64,000 nucleotides of DNA from an uncultured Clostridia bacterium. GTDB taxonomy: Bacteria; Bacillota; Clostridia; Oscillospirales; Acutalibacteraceae. The stretch is from contig CAMFBH010000004.1 of the NCBI GenBank assembly GCA_945948515.1, forward strand, positions 7,308 through 71,307, given 5' to 3'. Shown here piece after piece: positions 27,841 through 38,776 of this stretch (positions are counted from its first letter, which is position 1; each line of letters starts with the position of its first letter). The position numbers were made by a program, and so were the translations under genes. Below the pieces are notes generated by a model that did not search any database, was not told the DNA's origin, and saw nothing but the letters and a program-made list of their open reading frames with translations.

Positions 27841-30202
27841 AATCAACAACAAATTACTTAAAAACACCAAGCTTCTTTCAAAGGCTTTATTTTCTAAGGA
27901 GCTTGCAAAATGTAACGAGCGTGAAATTAATTATTCACTATCGCGCGCAATCATTGCAGAAATTGAAGAAGAGTGGACAAAATGCCGTGAGGAATGTCGT
28001 AAAGAGCGCTGTGCCTACTATTTATCGGCAGAATTTCTTATGGGAAGAATGATTAACAATAATCTTTTATGCCTTGATATTGAAGACGAGGCAAGAGAGG
28101 TTCTCGGTTCAATAGGAAAAAGCACTCGGATTTTTGAAAGCATTGAGGATGAGACTCTCGGAAACGGAGGGCTTGGAAGACTTGCCGCTTGCTTTCTCGA
28201 CAGCGGCGCTTCTCTCGGAATAAATCTCTTCGGCTACGGAATTCGTTACCGCCACGGCTTGTTTTATCAAAAAATCGAAAACGGTCATCAGGCAGAATAT
28301 CCTGCGCTTTACAACGACCTATGCAACGCCTGGCAGGTAAGACGAAATGATATTAAATATAAAATCTATTTTAAAGATTTAACCGTTACGGCAGTTGCAT
28401 ACGATATGCCGATTATGCCATACAAGAGCGGAAAAACGGGAACCCTGCGCCTTTGGAGCGCCGAGAGTGAAGAGCCCTTTGACTTTAAGGAATTCAGTAA
28501 CGGTAACTACACAAAGGCTCTTGAAAAAACTAATGAATGCGAAAACATTTCAAGATTGCTTTACCCGAACGACTCTCATCATCAGGGAAAAAAGCTTCGA
28601 TTTATGCAGGAGTATTTCCTTGCAAGCGCCTGTGTTCAGGATATTATTGAGAATTTCAAAAATCATTCCTCTATGCCGCTTGAAAAAATCAGCGAGCTTG
28701 TTTGCATTCAGCTAAACGACACTCATCCTGTTATATCCGTTTGTGAATTTATTAGAATTATGTGCGAGCACGAAGGATTGATCTTTGACGATGCACTTTC
28801 TCTTTGCAAAAATATTTTTAATTATACAAACCACACGGTTATGCCCGAAGCGCTTGAAAAATGGGATTTAAAGCTTATTGAGGAGCTTGTTCCTTCGATT
28901 TGTGAAATTCTTGAAAAAATCAATACCCGTCTTTTAACGGAGCTTGAAGAAAAAGGCGTTTCTGAAAAAGATATTGAAAAAATGAAAATCATAAAAGGCG
29001 GCACGGTGCACATGGCAAACCTTGCATTTTACTGCTCTGAGCGCGTAAACGGTGTTGCCGAAATCCACACCGAACTCATAAAAAAAGACACCTTCAAGGA
29101 GTGGAACAGCTTTGATAAAAACAAAATCGTTAACAAAACCAACGGCATAACTCCGAGAAGATGGCTTCTTGTTTGCAACACTGAGCTATGCACTTTTTAC
29201 GATGAGCTTTGTTCTTTTGACTGTGCAAAGGATTTATCCTGCTTAAAACGAGCTTTGCCGTTTGCTTCAAACGACGAGGTTCTTGAAAGATTTGCACTTA
29301 TTAAAAGGCACAATAAGGAAAAGCTGGCTTCATATGTGTTTAATCGGGATATGATAAATATTTCGCCCGACACAATTTTTGATGTTCAGATTAAAAGGCT
29401 TCATGAATATAAGCGCCAAATGCTGAATGCTCTTGCAATTCTTGAGCTTTGCTTTGAAATAAAAGAAAAAAGCTTGCTTGATTTTTATCCCACAACATTT
29501 ATTTTTGCCGCCAAGGCAGCACCCGGCTACGACAGAGCAAAGGGTATTATTAAGCTGATTAACGAAATTTCACGCTATATTGAAAAGGACAGCGAGCTTT
29601 CCGAATATATTAAAGTTGTTTTTCTCTCCGACTACGATGTTTCATATGCCGAAAAAATCGTTGCAGGTGCGGAGGTTTCCGAGCAAATTTCGAGCGCGGG
29701 CACCGAGGCAAGCGGAACGGGAAACATGAAGCTTTCCCTGAACGGTGCGGTAACTATCGGCACCTATGACGGCGCTAACATCGAAATCGTGCGCGAAGCA
29801 GGTGAAGAAAACAATTATATTTTCGGAAAACGAGTTGAAGAGCTTGAACAGATTAAAGGCACCTACAACCCGCTATCGCTCTTTGAGGGTAATCCCAAAA
29901 TAAAAAGAACGCTCAGCTGTTTGACAGACGGAACGCTGAGTGATGACGGATGCGGAATTTTCCGCGAGCTTTACAATTCAATTTTATTCGGCGGTGAAAA
30001 CGAGCCTGCCGACAAATATTTTCTTCTCTGCGACTTCGAGGATTATCTCAATGCAAAAATAAGGCTAAACAAAGATTATAAAAGCAAAAAGGAATTCACT
30101 AAAAAATGCTTTATTAATTCCGTTTCATCGGGAAGGTTCTCTTCTGACAGAACGATAAAGGAATATGCCGAAGAGATATGGCGCATAAATCCTAATAATT
30201 AA
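27833..30202 (+). CDS. glgP: Alpha-glucan (glycogen/maltodextrin) phosphorylase, GT35
   Basis: YLSAEFLMGR, LGNGGLGRLAACFLDS, the PLP-Lys motif EASGTGNMKLSLNGA, HEYKRQ. The GTG start overlaps the malQ stop. Confidence 0.93.
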   Translation: MIKINNKLLKNTKLLSKALFSKELAKCNEREINYSLSRAIIAEIEEEWTKCREECRKERCAYYLSAEFLMGRMINNNLLCLDIEDEAREVLGSIGKSTRIFESIEDETLGNGGLGRLAACFLDSGASLGINLFGYGIRYRHGLFYQKIENGHQAEYPALYNDLCNAWQVRRNDIKYKIYFKDLTVTAVAYDMPIMPYKSGKTGTLRLWSAESEEPFDFKEFSNGNYTKALEKTNECENISRLLYPNDSHHQGKKLRFMQEYFLASACVQDIIENFKNHSSMPLEKISELVCIQLNDTHPVISVCEFIRIMCEHEGLIFDDALSLCKNIFNYTNHTVMPEALEKWDLKLIEELVPSICEILEKINTRLLTELEEKGVSEKDIEKMKIIKGGTVHMANLAFYCSERVNGVAEIHTELIKKDTFKEWNSFDKNKIVNKTNGITPRRWLLVCNTELCTFYDELCSFDCAKDLSCLKRALPFASNDEVLERFALIKRHNKEKLASYVFNRDMINISPDTIFDVQIKRLHEYKRQMLNALAILELCFEIKEKSLLDFYPTTFIFAAKAAPGYDRAKGIIKLINEISRYIEKDSELSEYIKVVFLSDYDVSYAEKIVAGAEVSEQISSAGTEASGTGNMKLSLNGAVTIGTYDGANIEIVREAGEENNYIFGKRVEELEQIKGTYNPLSLFEGNPKIKRTLSCLTDGTLSDDGCGIFRELYNSILFGGENEPADKYFLLCDFEDYLNAKIRLNKDYKSKKEFTKKCFINSVSSGRFSSDRTIKEYAEEIWRINPNN

Positions 30203-30236
30203 TAAATTTTCCTTGTGCTTTGATCACAAAAAGCTT

Positions 30237-30268
30237 CGGCTCTCCGTTTAATTAACAACGGAGAGCCG
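30237..30268. terminator. 12-bp stem-loop between glgP and the convergent Rieske remnant
   Basis: CGGCTCTCCGTT-loop-AACGGAGAGCCG. AAGCTTTTT follows on the minus strand. No clear U-tract on plus. Confidence 0.6.
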
Positions 30269-30283
30269 ATTACATATATTAAA

Positions 30284-30448
30284 TCAATTCAAATTACCGT
30301 TTGCCGGATTATCAAGCACCTTGCCTTTTTCCGAAAATCTTGACCCGTGGCACGGGCAATCCCACGAATGCTCCGCACTGTTCCATTTCAGAGCGCAGCC
30401 GAGGTGCGGACATCTCTTTTTTGATATGGTTAAAAGAATTCTTTTCAT
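30284..30448 (-). pseudogene. 54-aa remnant ORF encoding only the cluster-binding C-terminal part of a Rieske [2Fe-2S] domain
   Basis: Not in the ORF track (under 60 aa). My translation is MKRILLTISKKRCPHLGCALKWNSAEHSWDCPCHGSRFSEKGKVLDNPANGNLN*. CPH-X15-CPCH is the Rieske ligand motif. An in-frame stop lies 8 codons upstream of the Met, and no N-terminal beta-sandwich is encoded. Confidence 0.5.
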
Positions 30449-30570
30449 TCGACAAAACTTGTAAAAATTTATTTATGATATTCGCACAATTAATGCCTAA
30501 AAGGCAATATCACGCAGGATAACCTGCATAACACTGCACTGCAATACAACTCGCATTAAGCGAATATAAC

Positions 30571-30600
30571 TGAAAAAGACGATTGTATTAACAATCGCCT
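30571..30600 (-). terminator. Terminator of the tRNA-Thr/tRNA-Tyr unit
   Basis: On the minus strand: GGCGATTGT-TAAT-ACAATCGTC followed by TTTTTC, immediately 3' of tRNA-Tyr. Confidence 0.6.
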
Positions 30601-30605
30601 TTTCT

Positions 30606-30690
30606 TGGTGGGAGAGGGTGGATTCGAACCACCGAAGTCACTGACGACAGATTTACAGTCTGTTCCCTTTGGCCACTCGGGAACTCTCCC
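30606..30690 (-). tRNA. tRNA-Tyr (anticodon GTA), class II with long variable arm, CCA encoded
   Basis: Reverse complement: GGGAGAG TT CCCGAGTGGCCAAAGGG A ACAGA CTGTAAA TCTGT CGTCAGTGACTTCG GTGGT TCGAATC CACC CTCTCCC A CCA. Confidence 0.9.
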
Positions 30691-30712
30691 AAATATTTAA
30701 TTAAGCGTTGTA

Positions 30713-30788
30713 TGGAGCTGGTGGACGGACTCGAACCCCCGACCTGCTGATTACAAATCAGCTGCTCTACCAACTGAGCTACACCAGC
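30713..30788 (-). tRNA. tRNA-Thr (anticodon TGT), CCA encoded
   Basis: Reverse complement: GCTGGTG TA GCTC AGTTGGTA GAGC A GCTGA TTTGTAA TCAGC AGGTC GGGGG TTCGAGT CCGTC CACCAGC T CCA. One G-G mismatch in the T-stem. Confidence 0.85.
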
Positions 30789-30806
30789 ATTTCACAACGC
30801 CTAATT

Positions 30807-30835
30807 AATATAACATAACAAATATTTTAAGTCAA
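30807..30835 (-). promoter_or_regulatory. Promoter candidate for the tRNA pair
   Basis: On the minus strand: TTGACT (30835-30830), 17-nt spacer, TATATT (30812-30807), about 18 nt before the tRNA-Thr 5' end. Confidence 0.5.
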
Positions 30836-30877
30836 TAGTTTTTTTGAATTTTTTAACTGAAATAAGTTAATAATATT

Positions 30878-31708
30878 CTATTTATCCCAATTATTAATTA
30901 CTTCTCTGAGCAAATTTACCTGCCTTGTTGTTATATTATCGGGCTTTAAAACAAGCACTCTTTTCATTGTTTTTTCTTTATCAACAGTCCAAACCGAAAG
31001 CTTGTAGCCGTTTGAATGGAGCTCCTTTGAAAGAGTTTCCGAAGCATAACGATAATGGCAGTTTATTCCAACCGCTCCCGTATTTTCAAGCAGACTTATA
31101 ATTCTTTGACGGTAATCGCTTGTAAAAATCTTCATTCTGCTGGGAGAATAATTAAGATAATACTCAACATCCGAGCAATACATTTTAACATTTTTAATAT
31201 CACTGATTTCAATTCCCGTTAAAACGCATTTTGAAAAAAGATTATATTTCTCTATAAGTGCATGAAGCTCGCCGAGGCATGCCGACTCTTTTACATCAAA
31301 ATTGATATCAATGTTCTTATCCGAAAGATATTCAAGAGCCTCTTCAACAGGAACTGCGTTTGCTTCGCTAACAATATCATGGCTCATAACAAGAGTTCCA
31401 TCCAGCCTTTGGCGAACATCAAATTCAACGGCATCTGCACCGCATTCAACCGCTTTTTTTAGCGACTCTATTGAATTTTCCTCACTGCCCTCGCTTCCGG
31501 TATGAGCAGTAATCTGAAAACCGTTCACGAATTTCAAGGTCCTTTCCTCATAAGTTTTTGTTACGGCATAATCGGTAACAAAAATAACTATTGCAACAGA
31601 TAAAATAAAGCTGCAAACCTGATAAGCAAAATGCTTTGCCCATGTGGGAGTCATATTGCGCTTAAGAAATTTTTTAAATTTTATCCACCTTGCGCTTTGA
31701 TTACCCAT
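30878..31708 (-). CDS. Glycerophosphodiester phosphodiesterase family protein, membrane-anchored
   Basis: N-terminal TM. GDPD motifs ITAHTG, GADAVEFDVRQ, LVMSHD. Confidence 0.85.
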   Translation of the reverse strand: MGNQSARWIKFKKFLKRNMTPTWAKHFAYQVCSFILSVAIVIFVTDYAVTKTYEERTLKFVNGFQITAHTGSEGSEENSIESLKKAVECGADAVEFDVRQRLDGTLVMSHDIVSEANAVPVEEALEYLSDKNIDINFDVKESACLGELHALIEKYNLFSKCVLTGIEISDIKNVKMYCSDVEYYLNYSPSRMKIFTSDYRQRIISLLENTGAVGINCHYRYASETLSKELHSNGYKLSVWTVDKEKTMKRVLVLKPDNITTRQVNLLREVINNWDK

Positions 31709-31741
31709 AAAAGCACCCTTTGTTTATATTCGAACTCATTT

Positions 31742-33241
<1,500 letters not shown>

Positions 33242-33276
33242 TTATAAATATATTTTATCTATGATAATACTTTAAC

Positions 33277-33783
33277 CTATTTGTTGTCAAGAACTTTTTT
33301 TACTATTTTTTCAACATTGTTTTCAACCGTACCTTCATTGCAGTCTATTTCATAATCCGCATATTTTCTGTACAATCCGAGGCGCTCATTATACATATCC
33401 TCAAGAGTTGAGCCCTCCTTAAGAACTATGCCCCTTGTTGTTATATTACTGATTCTTTCAACCATATTTTCATAGGACAAATGAAGATATATAACAGATC
33501 CGAGCGTTTTTAAATGCTCCATAGCCTTTTGGCTGTAAACAACGGAGCCGCCCGTTGCAATAACCGTTCCCTCAATATTGAGCGACAAAACGGCGTTTTC
33601 CTCCGCCATTTCAAAATAATCTATTCCCTTTGAATTTATTATTTCCTGAAGCGCACAGCCTTCCTTATTCTGAATGAGAAGATCCGTATCGAAAAAATTC
33701 TTTAGCAGAGCCTTTGCGGCAAGAACACCGCAGGTTGATTTGCCCGAGCCCGGCATTCCTATAAGTACTACATTTGATTTCAT
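33277..33783 (-). CDS. aroK: Shikimate kinase
   Basis: P-loop GMPGSGKST, the D(T)D motif FFDTD, GGSVV. 168 aa. Confidence 0.9.
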   Translation of the reverse strand: MKSNVVLIGMPGSGKSTCGVLAAKALLKNFFDTDLLIQNKEGCALQEIINSKGIDYFEMAEENAVLSLNIEGTVIATGGSVVYSQKAMEHLKTLGSVIYLHLSYENMVERISNITTRGIVLKEGSTLEDMYNERLGLYRKYADYEIDCNEGTVENNVEKIVKKVLDNK

Positions 33784-34412
33784 TTAACACCAACTCTTTT
33801 GCATATTTCAAAAAGCTCACAATCATTGCACTTAGGCTTTCTTGCGGTGCACACATCTCTGCCGAACAAAACTATTCTGTGACAGAAATCAGAGCTTTCT
33901 TCTGCCGGCAGCAGCTTTTTAAGAGCATACTCGATTTTTTCGGGATTTTTATCACTTACAAGACCGAGTCTGTTTGAAATTCTGATACAATGCGTATCAA
34001 CAACAACCGCCTGCTTTTTATACACATCGCCGACAATCAAATTTGCCGTTTTTCTTCCTACTCCCGAAAGCTTAACAAGCTCTTCAATCGTGTCGGGAAC
34101 GGTTGAATTATAATCATTTTTTATTTGCTGAGCCATTTCGACAATGGATTTTGCCTTGTTTTTATAAAACCCGCAGCTTTTTATTATTTCCTCAACATCC
34201 TTAACATCGGCATTACAGTAATCATCAAGCGTTTTGTACTTTTCAAAAAGAGCCGGAGTTACAAGATTAACACGGGCATCGGTGCACTGCGCCGAAAGGC
34301 GGACTGCAACAAGAAGCTCAAATGGATTTGAAGCATTAAGAGAGCATATTGCTTCGGGATATTTTTCTTTTAAAATTTCAACTGCGCTGAGCGCCCTTTG
34401 CTTTTTTGTCAC
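33780..34412 (-). CDS. nth: Endonuclease III
   Basis: HhH-GPD motif LSGVGRKTANLIV, catalytic D in VVDTH, C-terminal 4Fe-4S cluster CTARKPKCNDCELFEIC. Confidence 0.95.
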   Translation of the reverse strand: MTKKQRALSAVEILKEKYPEAICSLNASNPFELLVAVRLSAQCTDARVNLVTPALFEKYKTLDDYCNADVKDVEEIIKSCGFYKNKAKSIVEMAQQIKNDYNSTVPDTIEELVKLSGVGRKTANLIVGDVYKKQAVVVDTHCIRISNRLGLVSDKNPEKIEYALKKLLPAEESSDFCHRIVLFGRDVCTARKPKCNDCELFEICKRVGVK

Positions 34413-35311
34413 GGTAAAACATGCCCCGTTTCAGTGTAAATTTTATACCAATCGCTCCTGCTGAGCTCAATTTCATCTGCCTTTGCAATAGCTTTGAGGC
34501 GTTCGGGATTTGTTGTTCCGAGAAGCACCTGAATTTTTGCAGGATGTCTCATTATCCATGCGGTGGCAAGTGCTTCTTTTGTTACGCCGAAATTCTTTGC
34601 AAAATCTTCAAGAAAAGCGTTTTCCTTTTTAAGCGCTTCGTTGTCGGGGAAAAAACCAAATGGAGATCTCATCGGTCCCCATGCCTGAATAGTTATATTG
34701 TTTAATCTTGAGTATTCAAGCATATGACCGTCGTTTGACGGTGAAAAATCATTCTTCATATTTGAGCAAATTCCGCAGTCAACCATTCCCGAATGAAACA
34801 ATCCGAACTCAAGCTGATTGCAGATAATCGGATAATCAACATATTTTTTAAGAAGCTCTATCTGCTGAGGATTGAAATTGGAAACGCCGAATTCACGAAC
34901 AAGTCCTCTGCCGTGAAGCTCGTCAAATGCCTCGGCAACCTCTTCACCCTCAAACAGCGTGTCGGGTCTGTGCAGACAGAGAATATCAAGATAATCCGTT
35001 CCTATTCTTTTAAGGCTTCCCTCAACGCTTGAAATAATATGCTCCTTAGAAAAATCATAAAAGCCTTTTCTTATTCCGCACTTTGACTGAATTATAATGC
35101 TTTCGCGCTCAACGCCCTTAACGGCTTCGCCGAAATACTCCTCGCTCAATCCGGAGCAGTAAATATCGGCATTATCAAAAAAATTTATTCCGAGCGAAAG
35201 TGCTGCTTCAATCAGCTCCTTTGCCTCGCTTTTTGTTTTATTTCCTATTCTCATACACCCAAGAGAAATTTGAGAGGCTTTATATTTCGAACCGAGATTT
35301 ATCTTTTTCAT
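34409..35311 (-). CDS. Aldo/keto reductase
   Basis: AKR motifs GCMRIG, NFFDNADIY, LDILCLHRPD, GVSNF. Confidence 0.9.
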   Translation of the reverse strand: MKKINLGSKYKASQISLGCMRIGNKTKSEAKELIEAALSLGINFFDNADIYCSGLSEEYFGEAVKGVERESIIIQSKCGIRKGFYDFSKEHIISSVEGSLKRIGTDYLDILCLHRPDTLFEGEEVAEAFDELHGRGLVREFGVSNFNPQQIELLKKYVDYPIICNQLEFGLFHSGMVDCGICSNMKNDFSPSNDGHMLEYSRLNNITIQAWGPMRSPFGFFPDNEALKKENAFLEDFAKNFGVTKEALATAWIMRHPAKIQVLLGTTNPERLKAIAKADEIELSRSDWYKIYTETGHVLP

Positions 35312-36579
35312 TATTCTTCACCTTTAATTTTCTGCCAATAGGCTTTTGCGCTCTGCTCGCTTTTGTTATCGGAAAACTCATAGTACTTTTTATCTTTTAG
35401 TGAATCGGGAAGATACTGAGCCTTTACCCAATGATTTTCATAGCTGTGTGGATATTTATAAAACTGACCCTTAACCTCAGCATCCTCGCCGTCAAAATGC
35501 TTGTTTTGAAGATTTCGCGGAATAGGTCCCGCCTTTCCGGCTCTTATATCCTCGGCGGCTGAATTAATTGCATTGTAAGCACTGTTAGATTTAGGAGCAG
35601 TTGCAACAAGGATAACTGCGTTTGCAAGAGGAATTCTTGCTTCTGGTAATCCAAGCATCATTGCGCTGTCCACCGCCGCTTTAACAATGGGCATAATCTG
35701 AGGATAAGCAAGCCCTACATCCTCTGCGGCGCACACAAGAAGCCTTCTGCATGCCGACGGCAAATCTCCCGCTTCAAGCAACCTTGCAAGATAATGCACT
35801 GCGGCATCGGGGTCTGAGCCGCGCATGCTTTTTTGGTAGGCTGAAATAATATCGTAGTGCTCGTCGCCCGATTTATCGTAGCGTGATGTATTATTTTGAA
35901 CAAGCTCGCAAACAAGCTCTTGCGTGATTATTCTTACTCCGTTTTCCTCCTGAGAGGCAAAAAAGCAGTTTTCCGCAGTATTCAAAGCCTTACGAACATC
36001 TCCCGCGCAAGCCTGCGAAATCATTTTAACTGCACTGTCGGTTAAATTAAAACGAGTGCCGTTTTCCTTTTCAAGATATGAAAACGCACGCTTAACCGCT
36101 TTTTGGATATCCTCGGGCTCAATAGACTTGAACTCAAAAACCGTTGACCGGCTTAAAACTGCGTTATAAACATAAAAATACGGATTTTCCGTTGTTGAGG
36201 CAATAAGAGTTATTTTTCCGTTTTCTATGTATTCAAGCAGGCTTTGCTGCTGCCTTTTATTAAAATACTGAATTTCATCGAGATAGAGCAAAACTCCGTT
36301 CGGAGCAGAAAGAGTATCAAGCTCGGCAACTATTTCCTTTATATCCGAGGTTGAGGCATTTGTTCCGTTTAATTTTCTCAACGCTCTGTTTGTTTTCTTT
36401 GCAATAATGGAGGCAACGGTTGTTTTTCCGACTCCCGACGGACCGTAAAAAATCAGGTTGGGAATATTGCCGCTGTCTATCATTTTTCTGAGAGCCTTGC
36501 CCTCGCCGAGCAAATGCCTCTGACCTACAACATCATCAAGGCTATCGGGTCTCATTCTGTCTGCAAGTGGACTGAGCAT
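35311..36579 (-). CDS. rarA: Replication-associated recombination protein A (RarA/MgsA AAA+ ATPase)
   Basis: LADRMRP, Walker A GPSGVGKTT, Walker B LYLDEIQYFNK, C-terminal MgsA domain (SAYQKSMRGSDPDAAVHYLARLLEAGD). The ATG at 36579 (MLSPLADRMRP) overlaps the queH stop. Confidence 0.93.
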   Translation of the reverse strand: MLSPLADRMRPDSLDDVVGQRHLLGEGKALRKMIDSGNIPNLIFYGPSGVGKTTVASIIAKKTNRALRKLNGTNASTSDIKEIVAELDTLSAPNGVLLYLDEIQYFNKRQQQSLLEYIENGKITLIASTTENPYFYVYNAVLSRSTVFEFKSIEPEDIQKAVKRAFSYLEKENGTRFNLTDSAVKMISQACAGDVRKALNTAENCFFASQEENGVRIITQELVCELVQNNTSRYDKSGDEHYDIISAYQKSMRGSDPDAAVHYLARLLEAGDLPSACRRLLVCAAEDVGLAYPQIMPIVKAAVDSAMMLGLPEARIPLANAVILVATAPKSNSAYNAINSAAEDIRAGKAGPIPRNLQNKHFDGEDAEVKGQFYKYPHSYENHWVKAQYLPDSLKDKKYYEFSDNKSEQSAKAYWQKIKGEE

Positions 36580-37196
36580 TATTGCTCCTCCTTTTTTGAA
36601 TAAATACATCCGCAGAAATTCTGCCTGTAAAGCGAATACTCGTTTGACAATTCTATTGAACGCTTAAATCCGTTTTTCTTTTTAAAATCACTCGGTAAAA
36701 AGGCAACTGAATATTTTTTTGCTGTTTCGTTGCCGATTTCATTTATTTTCTCCGCGTTTTTAAGCGGACTTATTGAAAGAGTGGTGCAAAAATAATCAAA
36801 GTTTTTCTCCTTTGCATATTCTGCCGCTTTCTCAAGCCTTAAACGGTAGCATTTAAAGCACCTTTCTCCGCCCTCGGCGCAATCCTCAAGCCCTTTAACC
36901 GCTTCATAAAACCTTTTGCTTTCATACGGCGCTTCAACAAAGCTGACTTCGTTTTTAAGCTTCATTTCGCTTATCAGCCTTTGCTGTTCAAAAACGCGCT
37001 TTTTATATTCGCTTTCGGGAGAAATATTCGGGTTATAATAATAAACCGTTATTTTAAAATAATTGCTGAGGTATTCAAGGCAATAGCTTGAACACGGAGC
37101 ACAGCAGGAATGCAGTAAAAGAGAGGGCACAACGCTCTCTCTTTTATTTTTTTCGATTATTTTTTCAAGCTCTTTTGAATAATTAATCCTGTTCAT
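36579..37196 (-). CDS. queH: Epoxyqueuosine reductase QueH (DUF208)
   Basis: Conserved Cys pattern LLLHSCCAPCS ... CFKCY ... FCGC. About 200 aa. Confidence 0.88.
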   Translation of the reverse strand: MNRINYSKELEKIIEKNKRESVVPSLLLHSCCAPCSSYCLEYLSNYFKITVYYYNPNISPESEYKKRVFEQQRLISEMKLKNEVSFVEAPYESKRFYEAVKGLEDCAEGGERCFKCYRLRLEKAAEYAKEKNFDYFCTTLSISPLKNAEKINEIGNETAKKYSVAFLPSDFKKKNGFKRSIELSNEYSLYRQNFCGCIYSKKEEQ

Positions 37197-37203
37197 ATCT
37201 TTA

Positions 37204-38640
37204 TCATTTACTTAAATAATTTGTGGGGTTAACGCGCTCGCCGTCTATTCTAAGCTCAAAATGGAGATGAGGACCTGTTGAACGACCCGTGTTGCCGCTG
37301 ATTGCTATAATATCTCCCTTTGAAACCTGCTGACCCTTTTTGGCAACAATAAGGGAGTTGTGAGCATAGAGAGTTACAACGCTTCTGCCCTTAGAATCGG
37401 TGCCGTGATAAACCATTATATAATTTCCGTAGCCCTTTTCCTCATTACCGACAAAAATGACCTTGCCCTCCTGCGCGCTGAGAACATTTGTGCCGACAGG
37501 ACACGGAAAATCAAGCGCTCCGTGATATCTTCCGCTTGAATGATTCGGCCATCCGTCTGAAATTGCGGTATATTTCGGAGTGGGATACATTAGGTTCAAA
37601 ATAGCGTCTGTTCCGCTGACCGATTTTTTTGTTGTTTCAACCTCTCCTCTGTTTGAGGTTGTAAGCTCGTTCATTACCTCTTCTTCGGTTTTTGCACCTG
37701 CAATAACATCCTGAATTCCCTGCTCAAGCTGTTTTTCAAGCTCTTCGTCTTCTGCGCGGAATTCAGTGTATTTCTTATTTTTTTCATTTATTGCAAGGAG
37801 AGCCTCATCGGCTTTTTTCTTTTCATTAAGAAACTCTGCTTTCTTGATTTTCTGCTCATCCTGTTTCTCAACAATTTCTTTCTTTTTTAAATCAAGCTCG
37901 CTTTTATCTGCTTCAAGCTGAGCCTGCTCTGCATCAAGCTGTTCTTTCTTTTCGGCAAGACCCGACTGCTTAGACTGAATTTCATCAATCTGACCGAGTA
38001 TATTCTGCATTAGCTCGCCGTCGCGGTCCGTTATGCATTTAATCATTTCATATCTTGTTAAAAAGCTTGAAAGCGAATCCGAGGTGAGCAAAAAGGTTAG
38101 AATATTAAAATCTCCGGAAATATACATTGCTCTCATTCTTTGGCAAAATTCAACATAGTTTCCGTCGAATGCGGCATTGAGGGAGTCAATTTGCTTTTCT
38201 ATTTCGGTGATTTCCGATTTAATGATATTTGAGCTTTCTTCAAGCTTTTCAATTTTTTTCTCAAGCGGCTCAATATCGGACTGTATTTCGTAAATTTCAT
38301 TATCAAGAAGGGTGAGCTCTTCGTTCAAATATCCGATTTTATTATCGAGCGCATCGGCATATTCCTGAGTATCCTTAGAGTCCTTTTCGAGCTCTTTTAA
38401 CTTCTTTTTTGTTTCTTTTAAATTCTTTTCAAGCTCTGCTCTTTTTTCTTTGAGAAGCTCTGCGTTGCTTTTTGTTGTTGAGGCTTCCTGCGATAACGAG
38501 CTTTCGCTTTGGGATACTGTTTGGATTCCTGTTACTATTTCCTCTGCATTAGACGAAAAAGAAACAGGCATTATTGCACAAAAAGAAAAACAAAAAGCCA
38601 ACAAAACAGCAGCGCCGTTAAATAATGCACCGTGTTTCAT
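37204..38640 (-). CDS. Secreted coiled-coil + M23 (LytM-type) metallopeptidase, paralog 1
   Basis: Signal peptide, about 300 aa of heptad-rich Glu/Lys/Leu region, C-terminal M23 domain with HxxxD (YHGALD) and HxH (GPHLHFE). Confidence 0.88.
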   Translation of the reverse strand: MKHGALFNGAAVLLAFCFSFCAIMPVSFSSNAEEIVTGIQTVSQSESSLSQEASTTKSNAELLKEKRAELEKNLKETKKKLKELEKDSKDTQEYADALDNKIGYLNEELTLLDNEIYEIQSDIEPLEKKIEKLEESSNIIKSEITEIEKQIDSLNAAFDGNYVEFCQRMRAMYISGDFNILTFLLTSDSLSSFLTRYEMIKCITDRDGELMQNILGQIDEIQSKQSGLAEKKEQLDAEQAQLEADKSELDLKKKEIVEKQDEQKIKKAEFLNEKKKADEALLAINEKNKKYTEFRAEDEELEKQLEQGIQDVIAGAKTEEEVMNELTTSNRGEVETTKKSVSGTDAILNLMYPTPKYTAISDGWPNHSSGRYHGALDFPCPVGTNVLSAQEGKVIFVGNEEKGYGNYIMVYHGTDSKGRSVVTLYAHNSLIVAKKGQQVSKGDIIAISGNTGRSTGPHLHFELRIDGERVNPTNYLSK

Positions 38641-38776
38641 TAGCTTTTCCCCCTTAATTCTGCGCTTAATCGCATTAAATAAATTACTAATCTATTTTAA
38701 CAGAATAGGGAATTATAATCAATATATAAATAGTGTTAATAACAATTTCTTAACATTTATAAGCAACAAGTCCTCT

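Noticed and set aside
30301-30522. 73-aa plus-strand ORF
   Set aside because: It is antisense to the Rieske-motif remnant, which is the frame carrying a recognisable conserved motif. It has no RBS and no motif.
30588-30773. 61-aa minus-strand ORF in the ORF track
   Set aside because: It lies exactly over the tRNA-Tyr and tRNA-Thr genes. It is a translation artefact of structured RNA genes.
30449-30877. tRNA genes as a possible integration hotspot or mobile-element boundary
   Set aside because: No integrase, transposase, direct repeat of a tRNA 3' end or foreign-looking gene block lies on either side. The neighbours are guaB-GDPD and glgP. Only the Rieske remnant hints at a past rearrangement.
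31681-31689. Isolated DnaA-box-like 9-mers (TTATCCACC here, TGTGGATAT near 35447) and a dif-like AT-rich palindrome near 11024-11045
   Set aside because: These are single imperfect matches inside or next to coding regions. There is no cluster, no AT-rich unwinding element and no dnaA/dnaN context. The palindrome does not match the Firmicute dif consensus.
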